IMG/VR virus record: IMGVR_UViG_3300031992_000012
Location: 96,001-160,000 of that record
Source of the DNA: a virus
Lineage: Duplodnaviria > Caudoviricetes
Direction: 5' to 3' (one strand)
DNA: 64,000 bases
In this document: piece after piece, positions 37,304-48,031 of the stretch
Numbering within the stretch: position 1 is the stretch's first letter
How the letters are laid out: every line of letters begins with the position of its first letter
Position numbers and translations under genes: made by a program
Notes under the pieces: model-generated
The model's database searches: none
What the model saw: only the letters and a program-made list of their open reading frames with translations
What the model was told of the DNA's origin: nothing

Positions 37304-38889
37304 GTTTCAACATAGACAAGTCGTCCGCGCTTGAGGTGAAGCTGCTGGAGCTGCATGTCAGCGGCCTCGGCAGCTTCGAGCTTTCCCGCGTTTCCATCAA
37401 TATGAATGTGAACGGGGAAAGCACGGCCACATGCGAACCCGTGCCTGGCAAGGACACCATAAAGAACCAGCAGTCGCATATAAACCGTCTGTCCGCCATA
37501 ACGCCGGACATGCGCTGCCGGGTCTACATGAAGCTAGGCAACAACGGAAACCTGGCGCCCTACAGGAGCATGCTGTTCGAGGGACGGCTTGCAGGAGACA
37601 CCATACAAGTCCTGTCCAACCCGCTGGGCAGCTCGGCGCAGGTGCACATAAACCTGCGGCATATAACAACAGCCGACCTCGGCGGAGTGTCTGTAGCAGA
37701 ACGAACATATTATCATGATGGCGCTCAGAATATTCCTTTCCGTATAACGAATTACACCCCTTACTACACCACACAGCAGTTCCGCAACACCACGCTCGAC
37801 GAAGGAAGACTGGCCCTTTACATCAAGCAGCTAGTCAACGCCCTGTTCCTCTGGTACACCAACGGCGGAACTAACAGTATAAACGTCAACAACATTCTAA
37901 AGGCCGTGCCCTGCAAGGTGAGACAGGACCTTGAGATGATGGAGAACGGCAAGGGTGGGATAATCTGGGGGATGGAAAGCGTCATAGACCGGACGTTCCA
38001 GGGGGCGATGGGCTCCAAGGCCACGCTCCTGTCCGTCATGAGCACGCTGTGCAATTACTGCCTTTTCAACCTGATACCGACAAGCAACGCGCTTGTGATA
38101 ACCCCGAACCTCAATGTATCCCGGTGGAATGACGACGATGTGTTCCTAAGCAGGAAAAGGCTGGTCAATGTAACCATCCCGTTCACCTCGCAGAGAATAC
38201 CAATCGAAAAAGTCTGCCTCAATTATTTCGCCGGCGTTAGATACTACTCGGACGGCGGGGAGGATGTCACCGACCCAAACCGTAACAAGGACTGGGCCAG
38301 CAAGTACCGCTGGCCTCCTATAGACGGCGGCGGCGCAGTCCTGGTGGACCCCCCGCCAATACTGCGGGATGTCGTGGATGTCTCGCTAAGCGCCGGCAGC
38401 CAGCTTCTACCTCCCCGGCCGCTATCAAAGGGCGGGAGGGCCACTAACTCTGTAAACAGCGCTGGTGCACAGGCTTATAGATACCCCTGGGACCTTGATA
38501 CCCGTATCGGAACAATAGCGGCCAAGCTGGAGTGGTCCCGTCTCGCCTTTTCACAGAGGACGCTGTCCGTCGGGATAATGCCACACTGGATATTCAGCCC
38601 CTCCTTCGCCGAGGCGCTTGGCAGCGTGTACGAGGAGGGGACCCCGTGGGGGCTCCTTGGGAAGACCGTCAAATTGCGCGCCCCGTACAGCATAATCGAC
38701 TCCAACAAGTCTGACGATATCGCGTACATAGGGTATGTTAATGGAATGCAACTTGACGTTTCAGTTCCCGACGCGAGACTGACAACGCACGCCGTACTTT
38801 CCAACGTAAGGACGGAGACGGAGGACCGATGGGCCTTCCCAACCGCCGACAATCCTCTATATGACGACACCGAACAACAACCAGTCTGA
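37300..38889 (+). CDS. Putative baseplate hub protein
   Basis: MLFEGRL...GYVNGM pattern, size and synteny. Confidence 0.5.
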   Translation: MSFNIDKSSALEVKLLELHVSGLGSFELSRVSINMNVNGESTATCEPVPGKDTIKNQQSHINRLSAITPDMRCRVYMKLGNNGNLAPYRSMLFEGRLAGDTIQVLSNPLGSSAQVHINLRHITTADLGGVSVAERTYYHDGAQNIPFRITNYTPYYTTQQFRNTTLDEGRLALYIKQLVNALFLWYTNGGTNSINVNNILKAVPCKVRQDLEMMENGKGGIIWGMESVIDRTFQGAMGSKATLLSVMSTLCNYCLFNLIPTSNALVITPNLNVSRWNDDDVFLSRKRLVNVTIPFTSQRIPIEKVCLNYFAGVRYYSDGGEDVTDPNRNKDWASKYRWPPIDGGGAVLVDPPPILRDVVDVSLSAGSQLLPPRPLSKGGRATNSVNSAGAQAYRYPWDLDTRIGTIAAKLEWSRLAFSQRTLSVGIMPHWIFSPSFAEALGSVYEEGTPWGLLGKTVKLRAPYSIIDSNKSDDIAYIGYVNGMQLDVSVPDARLTTHAVLSNVRTETEDRWAFPTADNPLYDDTEQQPV

Positions 38890-39595
38890 CGACAAGCCCC
38901 AGGACCCTATGGACCTGGCATGGCAGGCGTGGAAGGCGGAGGACACACCCGACACGCGCAGGAACCTTCTTGCGGCCGTGTCGCCGCAGGTGAACACCGC
39001 CTTGCGCACGTTTGCGCCCGGGATGGAGCAGAACCTTCTTCTTCAGGCTAACAGGCTGGCCCTTGACGCGGCCACGACATACGACCCGTCCAGGGGCATG
39101 AAGTTCAAATCCTATGTCTACCAGCACCTGCAGCCTTTGCAGCGCATGGCCGGAAAGAGGGCCAACATGGTCTCCCTGCCTGAGCGCCATATCATAGAAG
39201 GCTCAAGGCTGAAGGAGCAGGAGCAGAGGTTCATCGAGCAGAAGGGCTACGAGCCGTCACTCGCCGACCTGGCGGATTTCACCGGAATGAGCATGAAACG
39301 GATCGAGACGATACGCCGCCACAAGGGCGCCGTCAACGAATCCAAGACATACAGCCCAGAGGGCGACCCGATGGCGTCAGGTACGGAGGACCTCCAGAAA
39401 ACCTGGTGCGACTACATATACAGCTCCCTTCCTTCGATGGACCAGAAGATATACGAGTGGAGAACGGGCTACGGCGGCGCTCCTGTTCTCGGCGTCGTGG
39501 AGATAGCCAAGCGGCTGAACACGTCCCCGGCCACGGTGAGCAACCGCCTGTCCAAGATAATCGGGCTTATCCAGGAGGGAATGAGCCTTGAGTGA
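38861..39595 (+). CDS. Sigma-70 family sigma factor (FliA/SigB-like)
   Basis: YDPSRGMKFKSY (region 2), GYEPSLADLADFTGMS (region 3), EIAKRLNTSPATVS (region 4 HTH). Confidence 0.88.
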   Translation: MTTPNNNQSDDKPQDPMDLAWQAWKAEDTPDTRRNLLAAVSPQVNTALRTFAPGMEQNLLLQANRLALDAATTYDPSRGMKFKSYVYQHLQPLQRMAGKRANMVSLPERHIIEGSRLKEQEQRFIEQKGYEPSLADLADFTGMSMKRIETIRRHKGAVNESKTYSPEGDPMASGTEDLQKTWCDYIYSSLPSMDQKIYEWRTGYGGAPVLGVVEIAKRLNTSPATVSNRLSKIIGLIQEGMSLE

Positions 39596-39953
39596 CACCG
39601 GAAAGTACATAATAGAGGAATACACTCGAGGAGCGAAGACGCTCTGGCCGCGTGTGCTTGACGTAGCCGTTCCCGAAAAGCCGTTCGACGAGAACAGGCT
39701 TCGCAGGGACATGGCGGCGGTGGAGTCCCAGGTGTCTGAGTACTTTCCGAAGGCCGACGAGCCGGAGAAGCTCAGGGCGTTCGAAAAAGGGGCGGCGGCG
39801 GAGGCCGGGTTCCGTGGGATAGCCGCCTCTATGCTTCATAAACGCCACCAGCTAGGCCGCACGCGGAAGCTCATGGCAGCCATGAACAGCGCGCTTGGGT
39901 TGTTCGACACCAGCGGCCGTGTCGCCAATCTGCAAGGAGGACTTCCTGAATGA
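39588..39953 (+). CDS. Hypothetical protein
   Basis: TTG start overlapping the sigma stop; fills the gap. Confidence 0.6.
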   Translation: MSDTGKYIIEEYTRGAKTLWPRVLDVAVPEKPFDENRLRRDMAAVESQVSEYFPKADEPEKLRAFEKGAAAEAGFRGIAASMLHKRHQLGRTRKLMAAMNSALGLFDTSGRVANLQGGLPE

Positions 39954-40315
39954 AGGACCTGAACATTCTCCGTATGATTATGGACGCCGACCCGGGCTAC
40001 ACCCGAAACGAGCATGAGGTCTGGGCGCAACGGCTTATGGTAATCCTGATGGGCTCAGAGGACAACGACGTCGGAAGGGCCTATGGCGGTGAACTGGCCG
40101 CCTTCGTCGGCGGGGCGATACTGTCGCCCGACGTCCTTGAGCTTAAGGTCAAGGCTACCATAAAGGAGGCCGTCGAGTGGCTCAAGGCCAATTCGTACGC
40201 CCCGGCGGACATGACCGCCGACGTCGACACCTATGACCTGGACGGCGATCATCTGACAATACACATAACGGTATCCTACGCCGGGGAGAGCTCCTCGGCT
40301 GATTTGACCCTATAA
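39950..40315 (+). CDS. Baseplate wedge protein, gp25/W-like
   Basis: 121 aa; AQR-x3-IL...YGGEL; precedes the J-like gene. Confidence 0.55.
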   Translation: MKDLNILRMIMDADPGYTRNEHEVWAQRLMVILMGSEDNDVGRAYGGELAAFVGGAILSPDVLELKVKATIKEAVEWLKANSYAPADMTADVDTYDLDGDHLTIHITVSYAGESSSADLTL

Positions 40316-40321
40316 AAGAAT

Positions 40322-41869
40322 ATGCTCAACAAGGACAAGACAGACAACGAGGCGGTGTTCGCCGCCGAAAACGCCATGGCCGGCGTGTTCTCGTCTAAAT
40401 ACGGTATAGACGCTGCCCCCGGTTCGGCAACGCGCGAGCTGGCAATACGCCCTGCCGCCGTTCTCCGCTCAATGGAGGAGGATTGGCGCACGGCGCTGAC
40501 AACGTCGCTGAACCTCTTCAGTATTGCCGACGGCTCCGTGGAGGGGCAGGACGACCTGGTTGACGCAATCGCCTCCATCTACCGCATAAAGAGGCGCGGT
40601 GGTGCCGTCTCGGCCGGTACCATGATGGTCGAGGTGGCCGAGGTTCCTACCGTCTATATAAACAGCGGCATGAGCTTCTCCATAAACAACGTCCGCCTTG
40701 AAGTCCCGGGCGTGTACGTCGGGCATTCAGGAAGCCTTCCGGAAGGCTCCGCCGACGGCGTCCACCATGTGATGATTCGCCGGTACGCCAAGGGCGTGGA
40801 CCTCGACGGAAGCGTCATATACTCGTTCTGCATGCTCGTCCCCGTCTACTGCGAGAGTGGCGACTCCTTCCCGGCCGGAATACCGATAGCCATGAACGGT
40901 CCCTCCGGCGGGATAATCGAATGCAGCGTGTTCTCCGCTATAACCGGCGGAGGGAACGAGGAGAGCAACCAGGATTTGGCAAGACGCGTCCTTGAAGGTC
41001 TTCCCCCGGGCGTAATGTCCACTCCCCTGCAGATAAAGAACACATTGTCCGAGGAATTCGGCATACCTCCCCACAGGACGAAAGTACTTGGGGCGTCGGA
41101 CTGCACTTCGCGTTCATGCGATATAATCACGGGGCTGCCTGTTCCAGGAACGGTGGACATATGCGCCGCCCCGACAGGCGACTGCCCTGTCGAGACGGTG
41201 GAGACAACGCCCATGCTGTTCAGCGGCACGACCTGGATGATAAACCTCGACGAGAACGCCGCAGCAGGCATGTACGAGGTGACCTCCCTTGTCGTAAACG
41301 GCAACGCAGTAAGCGAGTACACGGTCGAGTGGATGCCGTCGGAAGTCGGCTTCCATCAGATAAAGTGGAACAACGGCTACCGTTTCTCGGCTTTCCAGAC
41401 GGCGACAGTGACTTTCGACAGCGACGACGACCTGTCGAACGCCACAGCCCTTCTCACCATCCGCCGCCAGCCGCTTGTGCCGGTCATACAGAGCTTCGTC
41501 GACGGGACCGACAAAAGGGCTCCCGGGCAGGATACGGTCGTCTACTCGCCGTTCCCGGTGTTCCTGCGCATGTCCCTTGCTGTAAGCGGGGGAAACGCCT
41601 CCGACGAAACGCTGCGCACCACTCTCTGCAATTATCTGAACAACCTTCCGGTCGGACGAGGGTATGTCGACGGCCAGGACTGCTTCGACGCCCTCAACGC
41701 GATAGGCGTCAAGGTAGTCTTCCCGATTACCATGTATGCGCATATCCTCACGGACGGCGTGTCGTACGACATCATGTCGTCCAACGGAAGACTTGAATAT
41801 GGCTCCATCACAAAGGGCAGGGATGTAGTCTACGTCTCCGCCAACGATGTTAGGATGACCGCCGGGTGA
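40322..41869 (+). CDS. Baseplate J-like wedge protein
   Basis: PGSATREL, IKRRGG-x2-SAG, ITGGGNEESNQDLARR, GTVDI motifs. Confidence 0.8.
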   Translation: MLNKDKTDNEAVFAAENAMAGVFSSKYGIDAAPGSATRELAIRPAAVLRSMEEDWRTALTTSLNLFSIADGSVEGQDDLVDAIASIYRIKRRGGAVSAGTMMVEVAEVPTVYINSGMSFSINNVRLEVPGVYVGHSGSLPEGSADGVHHVMIRRYAKGVDLDGSVIYSFCMLVPVYCESGDSFPAGIPIAMNGPSGGIIECSVFSAITGGGNEESNQDLARRVLEGLPPGVMSTPLQIKNTLSEEFGIPPHRTKVLGASDCTSRSCDIITGLPVPGTVDICAAPTGDCPVETVETTPMLFSGTTWMINLDENAAAGMYEVTSLVVNGNAVSEYTVEWMPSEVGFHQIKWNNGYRFSAFQTATVTFDSDDDLSNATALLTIRRQPLVPVIQSFVDGTDKRAPGQDTVVYSPFPVFLRMSLAVSGGNASDETLRTTLCNYLNNLPVGRGYVDGQDCFDALNAIGVKVVFPITMYAHILTDGVSYDIMSSNGRLEYGSITKGRDVVYVSANDVRMTAG

Positions 41870-43221
41870 AACTATCTGACTTCTACATAAAGGGCAGGAA
41901 CGCGGACCTGGTGCCAGGAATACTCGGTCTGTTCTGGACAAGGGTGTTCCCGCAGGACAACGGCCTTGTCCAGGCCGTCGATGAGACGGCCGGGCATACT
42001 CTAGACTACGGTGAGACATATATGCGCCGTATGATCGACTGGCTTACCGGGGGCACCGACGACGTCGACTTCGTCGAGCGCATGGAGGTTGTCCCTGTCG
42101 AAAGCGTCTACCAGGACCTCGTCAAAATCGGGGACGGGCAGCGCATAGGTGACGGCGTCTATATAGGCGCCCCGGGGGGCTCGCTCAGATGGATTCTTCC
42201 GCTTTCTAACGAGTACGCCGACATACCTGTCATAATCCCGGTAGGCGGCAAGCCTCTTCTGAAGAACGCCGACTACGTAGTTGACGGCCGCAAGGTGGTT
42301 TTGCGCGAGAATCCGCTGGAGATGGGGATTTCCCCGTCGCTGGAGGACATCGACGGGGTTCCTACGGCGGCATACGGCCTTCTTCTGGCCGGTTGCGTGC
42401 CGTCAAACGGGGGAGGCGACAACTTCAGCTTCTACAGGCTTCCGGACGGCGCAAGGAAGGTCATGCTGGACATAGTGACGCACGAGGCCTCCCTGGACCG
42501 CATCCTGCAACTGGTGCAACGCTGCGCCGGCTGCATACCGCCTAGCGTTTTCGAGAAGACAGACGAGGAGGGCCCGTACACAGTCATAACCAGCGTATGG
42601 CAGGAGGAAGGACGTTCCTATGGTCTCACTACCGGCGGGGAGATTGTAAAGATTCCAGAGGGCCTTCTGTTCGCGCAAGGCATGGCCTATGACGAACGGC
42701 TCAAGGTGCGCCCCTGGGAGAACATAGCAAGGGGCATAGACGTAAAGGAAAAGGCGTCCGACAGCGGGATAATCGGCCTGCGCGCCCTGGACGCGCTGGC
42801 GCCAAACAGGGCCGACACGTTTTCCGCCGGAGAGGCCGGTGTAATTGGCGGCGCCAGGTGGGAGGTTTATTTCGAGGGCATTCTTGACGACTACGGAAAA
42901 ACGCCCGAGGAGCTCCTGCCGGCCGCCACGGAGAACGTTCTTGTGCGGCTATACGACCGGCTAGGAAGAAAACAGCCGTCCGTGGTGTATCTTGATAATC
43001 CGGCCGCCTCAAGGGTGGCTGAATTTTCCGACGCGTTGGAAATTCTCAGGGACTGCCTGCCCGCCGGTTCGCTCCTTGTGACGGCCGTGAACGACAACAT
43101 TGAGGACAACGCGTCAATATCTACTGAAGACAATATCGAGACGTTTCCGGCGGTTGTTCTGTCGGACGTTGTCGAGGCGACAATTTCCGACAGAAACTAC
43201 ATACGTGGAACACTGCTATGA
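41866..43221 (+). CDS. Putative baseplate wedge protein
   Basis: LGLFW N-terminus; DCLPAG near the C-terminus; follows J. Confidence 0.55.
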   Translation: MKLSDFYIKGRNADLVPGILGLFWTRVFPQDNGLVQAVDETAGHTLDYGETYMRRMIDWLTGGTDDVDFVERMEVVPVESVYQDLVKIGDGQRIGDGVYIGAPGGSLRWILPLSNEYADIPVIIPVGGKPLLKNADYVVDGRKVVLRENPLEMGISPSLEDIDGVPTAAYGLLLAGCVPSNGGGDNFSFYRLPDGARKVMLDIVTHEASLDRILQLVQRCAGCIPPSVFEKTDEEGPYTVITSVWQEEGRSYGLTTGGEIVKIPEGLLFAQGMAYDERLKVRPWENIARGIDVKEKASDSGIIGLRALDALAPNRADTFSAGEAGVIGGARWEVYFEGILDDYGKTPEELLPAATENVLVRLYDRLGRKQPSVVYLDNPAASRVAEFSDALEILRDCLPAGSLLVTAVNDNIEDNASISTEDNIETFPAVVLSDVVEATISDRNYIRGTLL

Positions 43222-43742
43222 ACACGACAGCCAATCTTAGAATAAAGGGCAGCGTCGAGCTCTTCCTGCGTCAAAACGGAAAGGATTTCCTGCTGCCAGG
43301 AAACCACAACGCTTTCCAGGAAACAGGAAAGACGGCAATCGTCAACGCGCTCGGGAAAGGGCTCAAGCTTACGCATATCTACTTCATATACGCAAACAAC
43401 GACGCTCAGACAATAGGGGCCGACAGTGGTGACCTTACTGCCGCTTCCATTCAGGCGCTGGCGGACGTCAATACAGGCATTTTGAAAGTTCCCGTGTTCT
43501 GCATGGGGACGGAGGCGTCGGACGATGTCGTGGACACCGCTGTTCTCGCCGGTATCACGGACCCCTCCGGCTATATCGGCGGAGTAGTCTTTGCGGACGG
43601 AAGGTGGGTCTACGGCCTGGGACTGGTCCAGGAAACCGACAATGGCGATGTTTTGTATGCCGCTGCGGACATAACTCCTATAAGGGTGGCTGCCAATGCC
43701 CAGGTCGGGGCCAAGTGGAAGACAACGATTATAACTGACTAA
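43218..43742 (+). CDS. Tail fibre attachment/collar-like protein
   Basis: HN-x4-G...GLGL...LYA...W pattern typical of fibre N-terminal domains. Confidence 0.5.
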   Translation: MNTTANLRIKGSVELFLRQNGKDFLLPGNHNAFQETGKTAIVNALGKGLKLTHIYFIYANNDAQTIGADSGDLTAASIQALADVNTGILKVPVFCMGTEASDDVVDTAVLAGITDPSGYIGGVVFADGRWVYGLGLVQETDNGDVLYAAADITPIRVAANAQVGAKWKTTIITD

Positions 43743-43753
43743 GGAGGACGGGC

Positions 43754-45277
43754 ATGACTTTGGACCTTTACAAAGATTCCGAGGATCTGTCAGCCGAAGT
43801 GCTGAATCGTCCTATTGTTCAATTGGAGGCGCTGGTGGCGTCCCTGCAGCAGCAGGTTACGGCGTTCGTATCCGGTTCCAGGACCGTTACGACCTCCCCC
43901 TATGACACGACGAGCGACAGTCCTGTCATTCCCGGTTGCATAGCCTACATCGGCAACGACGGCCTGGCTAGAAAAGCCGCCGCCCTGTGGAACGCCAGCC
44001 CTACAGCGCAGGGTGTCATAATGCCGGCGGATTCGGCGTACAGCGCGGGTCTCGTGCTGGCCGTCAACACGGGAGCAGGAACCTGCGACATAATGACCAG
44101 AGGCTCAATCCCCTACAACTTCACGCCGAGTCTGGCGACAAACCTGTTCAAGGACGGTACTGCCCCGTACACAGGGGCGTGGAACCTGTCCCAGACCGAC
44201 TCGGGAAAGGTGGAACGCGACAGCAGCGGACTGTACCTGAAGATTCCCGTTGTCCGGGTCGACGCCCTGGGCAACGTGTACTACACAGGAGCGCAGCCGG
44301 CCGCCGGATATCATATCCACAAAGTGTTCACCATTCCTGCGGACGCCACATGGACGCCGGACACTCTCGGCGAAAGCTGGAGCTACGAGGGTGAGGCTGT
44401 AGCCGAACTGGATTACTTCAACTGGCAGGACTTCACGGCGTCCTTGGACGGCGTGGAGGACTACGCTGGAGTCATATCGCTGTCCGAAGGGGACAACGGT
44501 GTTGTCGTGACCTCCGCCGAGGACCCGACTGGAAAGGTCGTCCGTATATGGACGGCCCTGCCCGATTCGCACGAGCAGCCTGTTGTCAGGGGCATACGCA
44601 CGGTAGGCACAAGCCGTCTGTCGGTGTCCTCCAACAATGGACTCGTGACAATAGGCATAGATGGCTGGTCTGGCGAAGAACCAACCCCGATGTACCGTGA
44701 CAGGGCCGTCGGCGCACTGACGGACAACGGCGGCTACACGATGACCCACAACGTAAGCGGGCTGGCCGGCGACGAAACCGTCCAGCTAGTGAAAGGCTCG
44801 AACGGCGTGTGGTCCATCTCCTGCGTGAACCTCAAGTACGTCGAACCGGCGATAACCTCACTGGACAACGCCACGACAACTGTCAGCGGCGGAGTCCTGT
44901 ACTATATTTTCCCCGGCTCCCGCGCTTCGGGAGTGACAGGTCTTGTAAGAATACCCGCCCCGCCGGAGGGGTTCCATTGGACCCTGCACCCCTTCGTGCA
45001 GGCCGCGTCCGGAACGGTAGCCGTGGCGGCCTCGTTCAAGTGGGCGGCCAGACCGGAGGACAACGAGGCTGATGAAGCCGCCGAAAGCCTTACTCCGTCG
45101 ACGATAAGCCTGACGGCGGCCGCCGGAACAGGACGCTACCTCGCAGTGGCGGAAACCGGATGGGACGTCGACGCGGGAGGCGATGGATGGATACGGCTCT
45201 CGGCCGACGGTTCGTCCGCCGAGGACATGAATATGATTAGTTTCGGGGTCAAGCTCGAATCCGTGGAGAACGAATGA
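43754..45277 (+). CDS. Putative tail fibre/baseplate protein
   Basis: VLNRPIVQL N-terminus; beta-rich. Confidence 0.55.
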   Translation: MTLDLYKDSEDLSAEVLNRPIVQLEALVASLQQQVTAFVSGSRTVTTSPYDTTSDSPVIPGCIAYIGNDGLARKAAALWNASPTAQGVIMPADSAYSAGLVLAVNTGAGTCDIMTRGSIPYNFTPSLATNLFKDGTAPYTGAWNLSQTDSGKVERDSSGLYLKIPVVRVDALGNVYYTGAQPAAGYHIHKVFTIPADATWTPDTLGESWSYEGEAVAELDYFNWQDFTASLDGVEDYAGVISLSEGDNGVVVTSAEDPTGKVVRIWTALPDSHEQPVVRGIRTVGTSRLSVSSNNGLVTIGIDGWSGEEPTPMYRDRAVGALTDNGGYTMTHNVSGLAGDETVQLVKGSNGVWSISCVNLKYVEPAITSLDNATTTVSGGVLYYIFPGSRASGVTGLVRIPAPPEGFHWTLHPFVQAASGTVAVAASFKWAARPEDNEADEAAESLTPSTISLTAAAGTGRYLAVAETGWDVDAGGDGWIRLSADGSSAEDMNMISFGVKLESVENE

Positions 45278-46293
45278 TAACCGAGAACGTCCTTAAGGAA
45301 TGGTATTCGGAGAACGCCTCAAGGCGCTTCCCCCTGGCCACGCCCGTGCCTGTTTCAGGCACTCGCCCCAGCGGTCTGGACGACAATGGAAAGGCCCTTC
45401 CAAACGCCTTGCTTGTCGGCATGCAGCTAACCGTTCCACGGACGATGCTTGCGACGCGCGACCTGGGCTCCGGGCTTCCTTACGACTCGCTGGCCAATAC
45501 ATACTGCATATATCTCAGCCGTGTCGTAATATCGCTGACACGGGTCGAACTGCTGTTCACCACGGTGTCCGGCGAGGACATAGCCACGGCCGTCTGGACT
45601 CCGGAAACGGAGATAGCCGGCCTGCCTGTGCATGGCGTGCCTATAACGCCCCTCCGTACCGACGACCCGAACATAGGCATAAACAACGTGTTCGGGTACG
45701 TTTTCCTCGGCCCGGACTCCATGTGGTCCGCCCACACCGGAATCTACACGTATTCTGACGCCAACATCTACAACAGCATGGTGTCGGAGTCTGTCATAGC
45801 CGTGGACGACGCCAACAGGGTAACAGGTCTTATCGTCAACGGCGAGAAGATGATTGGCGACATAACCTTCGTGGCGGGCGAGAATGTGAAATTCAGCGTG
45901 GACACCGACAGCAACGAGTTCAAAGTTGACTTCGCGGGCGACCTGGACGACACGGGCATACAGAACCGCGAGGAGCTTATAGAGGCCATAAAGGAGACTT
46001 ACGGCGACCCCGTCATGTCGATTGACGGCGTTTTCGCCGACGGGGACGGCGAGTATACCATAGAGCCTGCCGACGAGTGCATACACATATCCGCCGTTCA
46101 GCACGGCATAACGATAACGGCCGGATGCGGCGACAGTTGCTGCGACCGCTCCGTTATCAGCGGACTCTCCGGAAACGTCCAGGAACTTAATGTCAAAGTA
46201 GCCAGAATAGGAAGCTTCCAGCGGTCCGTGGCCGCCGCTGTCAACGCGCTTCAGAACGAACTGGCCTATCTGAAGATGGTGGCCAACCAATAA
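45274..46293 (+). CDS. Tail/baseplate-associated protein
   Basis: EW-x2-EN-x2-RRFPL; VMSIDGV; CGDSCC then coiled coil. Confidence 0.55.
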   Translation: MITENVLKEWYSENASRRFPLATPVPVSGTRPSGLDDNGKALPNALLVGMQLTVPRTMLATRDLGSGLPYDSLANTYCIYLSRVVISLTRVELLFTTVSGEDIATAVWTPETEIAGLPVHGVPITPLRTDDPNIGINNVFGYVFLGPDSMWSAHTGIYTYSDANIYNSMVSESVIAVDDANRVTGLIVNGEKMIGDITFVAGENVKFSVDTDSNEFKVDFAGDLDDTGIQNREELIEAIKETYGDPVMSIDGVFADGDGEYTIEPADECIHISAVQHGITITAGCGDSCCDRSVISGLSGNVQELNVKVARIGSFQRSVAAAVNALQNELAYLKMVANQ

Positions 46294-48029
46294 TGCCTAC
46301 TTTCACTGTTAGAAATTCAGACGGCCAATTCACCTGGCATCCTATCGGGGACGTCAGGCTGAACGACAACTCGCTCGTGGAGTACGAGGTTGATCCCGTC
46401 AACAAGGCCGTCACGGTAAAATGCGCCGTGGAGGACGGGTACAAGAGCAAACTGTACCAGACGGAGTACGATTGCGTCGTAGCCCACAGCACGACAGAGG
46501 TAACTCCAATCGACTCTGCCGTGTCCGTGGATTTCACGCATTACGACACCGTTGTCGTCAGCAGCGCCGGCGGAACGTCGAACGTAAAGCTTCCCGTCGA
46601 CAGCCCGGGAAACCCGGACGGGTACTGGGTTGCCCAGATAAACAAGGTGAAACCGCTCAAGGGATGCCTTGACATAATAGGCGGCGACAGACTACGCTGG
46701 GAGGCAACCGGAAACGGCCTGTCCATCACCGACGTGTCACGCCCCTCCTTGGACTGTGTCGACTATGTTCGCGTGGCCGGGTACATAGCCTGCATAGAGG
46801 ACAGTCTAAACGAGCTGGCTGCACAGTTGGCCGCTGAACCCGGAACAGTGGTGGACGAGCAGGAGATGTATGGCCTGTTCATGCAGTACCAGTCCATGAG
46901 AAATCTCTGGAATTATCTGGTAATAAGAAACATGATTGCCTTTACCTCGGTATACCAGGGCGACACGGCGTATGTCCAGAGCAGGCTTACCAACAACACC
47001 GGTTCGGATTTGCATGTCGGCGACATAAAAATCGACTTCCCGACGGAAGGCATACCCGCCACCGGAGGTGAACGGGATTTGGACGCGACCTATGTCAGGT
47101 ACACGTTTACGCAGAAGAATTCGTCCGGCCCGCAGCCAGCCTTCACCATGATTAACGGCGAGCGCCAGCCAATGGCCGGGGCGAGCTTCAAGCTGGAGGG
47201 TCCGGAGGGAGGTGTGACAATACCTCCTGGAGACTCCTGCGAGCTGACTGTCCAGTTCAAGGTCAGCGCCACCATTTCAGCCAACGACCCGATTGCTGTC
47301 GACGTGCAGCATCGTGACACGCCTTGGGCCGGGCAGTGGCCTACGTTCTCGAACGGAAAGATTGTCAAGCCGGGTCGGCTGAGCTACTACAATACGCACT
47401 TCAACCCTACGACCTACGGCTCCGTTACCCCCGCCAGCGTGCCTCCTGTCGGAGACGGCTGCGCCCTTCGTATGGCCCCGGGCACGGCTACTGTCGCCTG
47501 GAACGCCCAGGGACTGGCGAGATGCGTGCTCAGGCCTGAAGTCTACATAGGACTCACTTGCACGGCGGACGCCACAACGTCGGATTTCACATCCAATTTC
47601 AGCGGCGTAGTCGACTGCAACGATACAAGCGAGGGAACGTACTCCCTTTCATTCACGGCCACCACATGCTCGCTCATGCTTACACCGGCCAGTGGAGGTG
47701 CGGCTTTCGAGGTTCTTGTCATAACGATGACAAACCGCCATTTCCATGAGGGCGACGGCATAGCTGTCGCCCTTCCCAAGACCTGGTCCACTGCTTTCGC
47801 CGAGGCTGTACAGACAGGGCTGAACATCCCGGTTGAATGCACATGGGAGCTTCCCGCCAGCGAGGTGCTGCCTTCCAACTCCGAGGCCGGCAGTACGAAG
47901 ATGCTGTTCATACCGCCGGAAGCGGTGGACAACAACAGCATGATAAAGCGAATCAAGCTTGACAGCCAGATGTACAAAGTCGACTCCGTTCGTGGCATCG
48001 ACGTGTACGGCCAGACAGTAGAGGTGTAG
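46293..48029 (+). CDS. Tail/baseplate-associated protein
   Basis: VAQINKV; coiled coil; Ig-like C-terminal half. Confidence 0.55.
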   Translation: MPTFTVRNSDGQFTWHPIGDVRLNDNSLVEYEVDPVNKAVTVKCAVEDGYKSKLYQTEYDCVVAHSTTEVTPIDSAVSVDFTHYDTVVVSSAGGTSNVKLPVDSPGNPDGYWVAQINKVKPLKGCLDIIGGDRLRWEATGNGLSITDVSRPSLDCVDYVRVAGYIACIEDSLNELAAQLAAEPGTVVDEQEMYGLFMQYQSMRNLWNYLVIRNMIAFTSVYQGDTAYVQSRLTNNTGSDLHVGDIKIDFPTEGIPATGGERDLDATYVRYTFTQKNSSGPQPAFTMINGERQPMAGASFKLEGPEGGVTIPPGDSCELTVQFKVSATISANDPIAVDVQHRDTPWAGQWPTFSNGKIVKPGRLSYYNTHFNPTTYGSVTPASVPPVGDGCALRMAPGTATVAWNAQGLARCVLRPEVYIGLTCTADATTSDFTSNFSGVVDCNDTSEGTYSLSFTATTCSLMLTPASGGAAFEVLVITMTNRHFHEGDGIAVALPKTWSTAFAEAVQTGLNIPVECTWELPASEVLPSNSEAGSTKMLFIPPEAVDNNSMIKRIKLDSQMYKVDSVRGIDVYGQTVEV

Positions 48030-48031
48030 CG

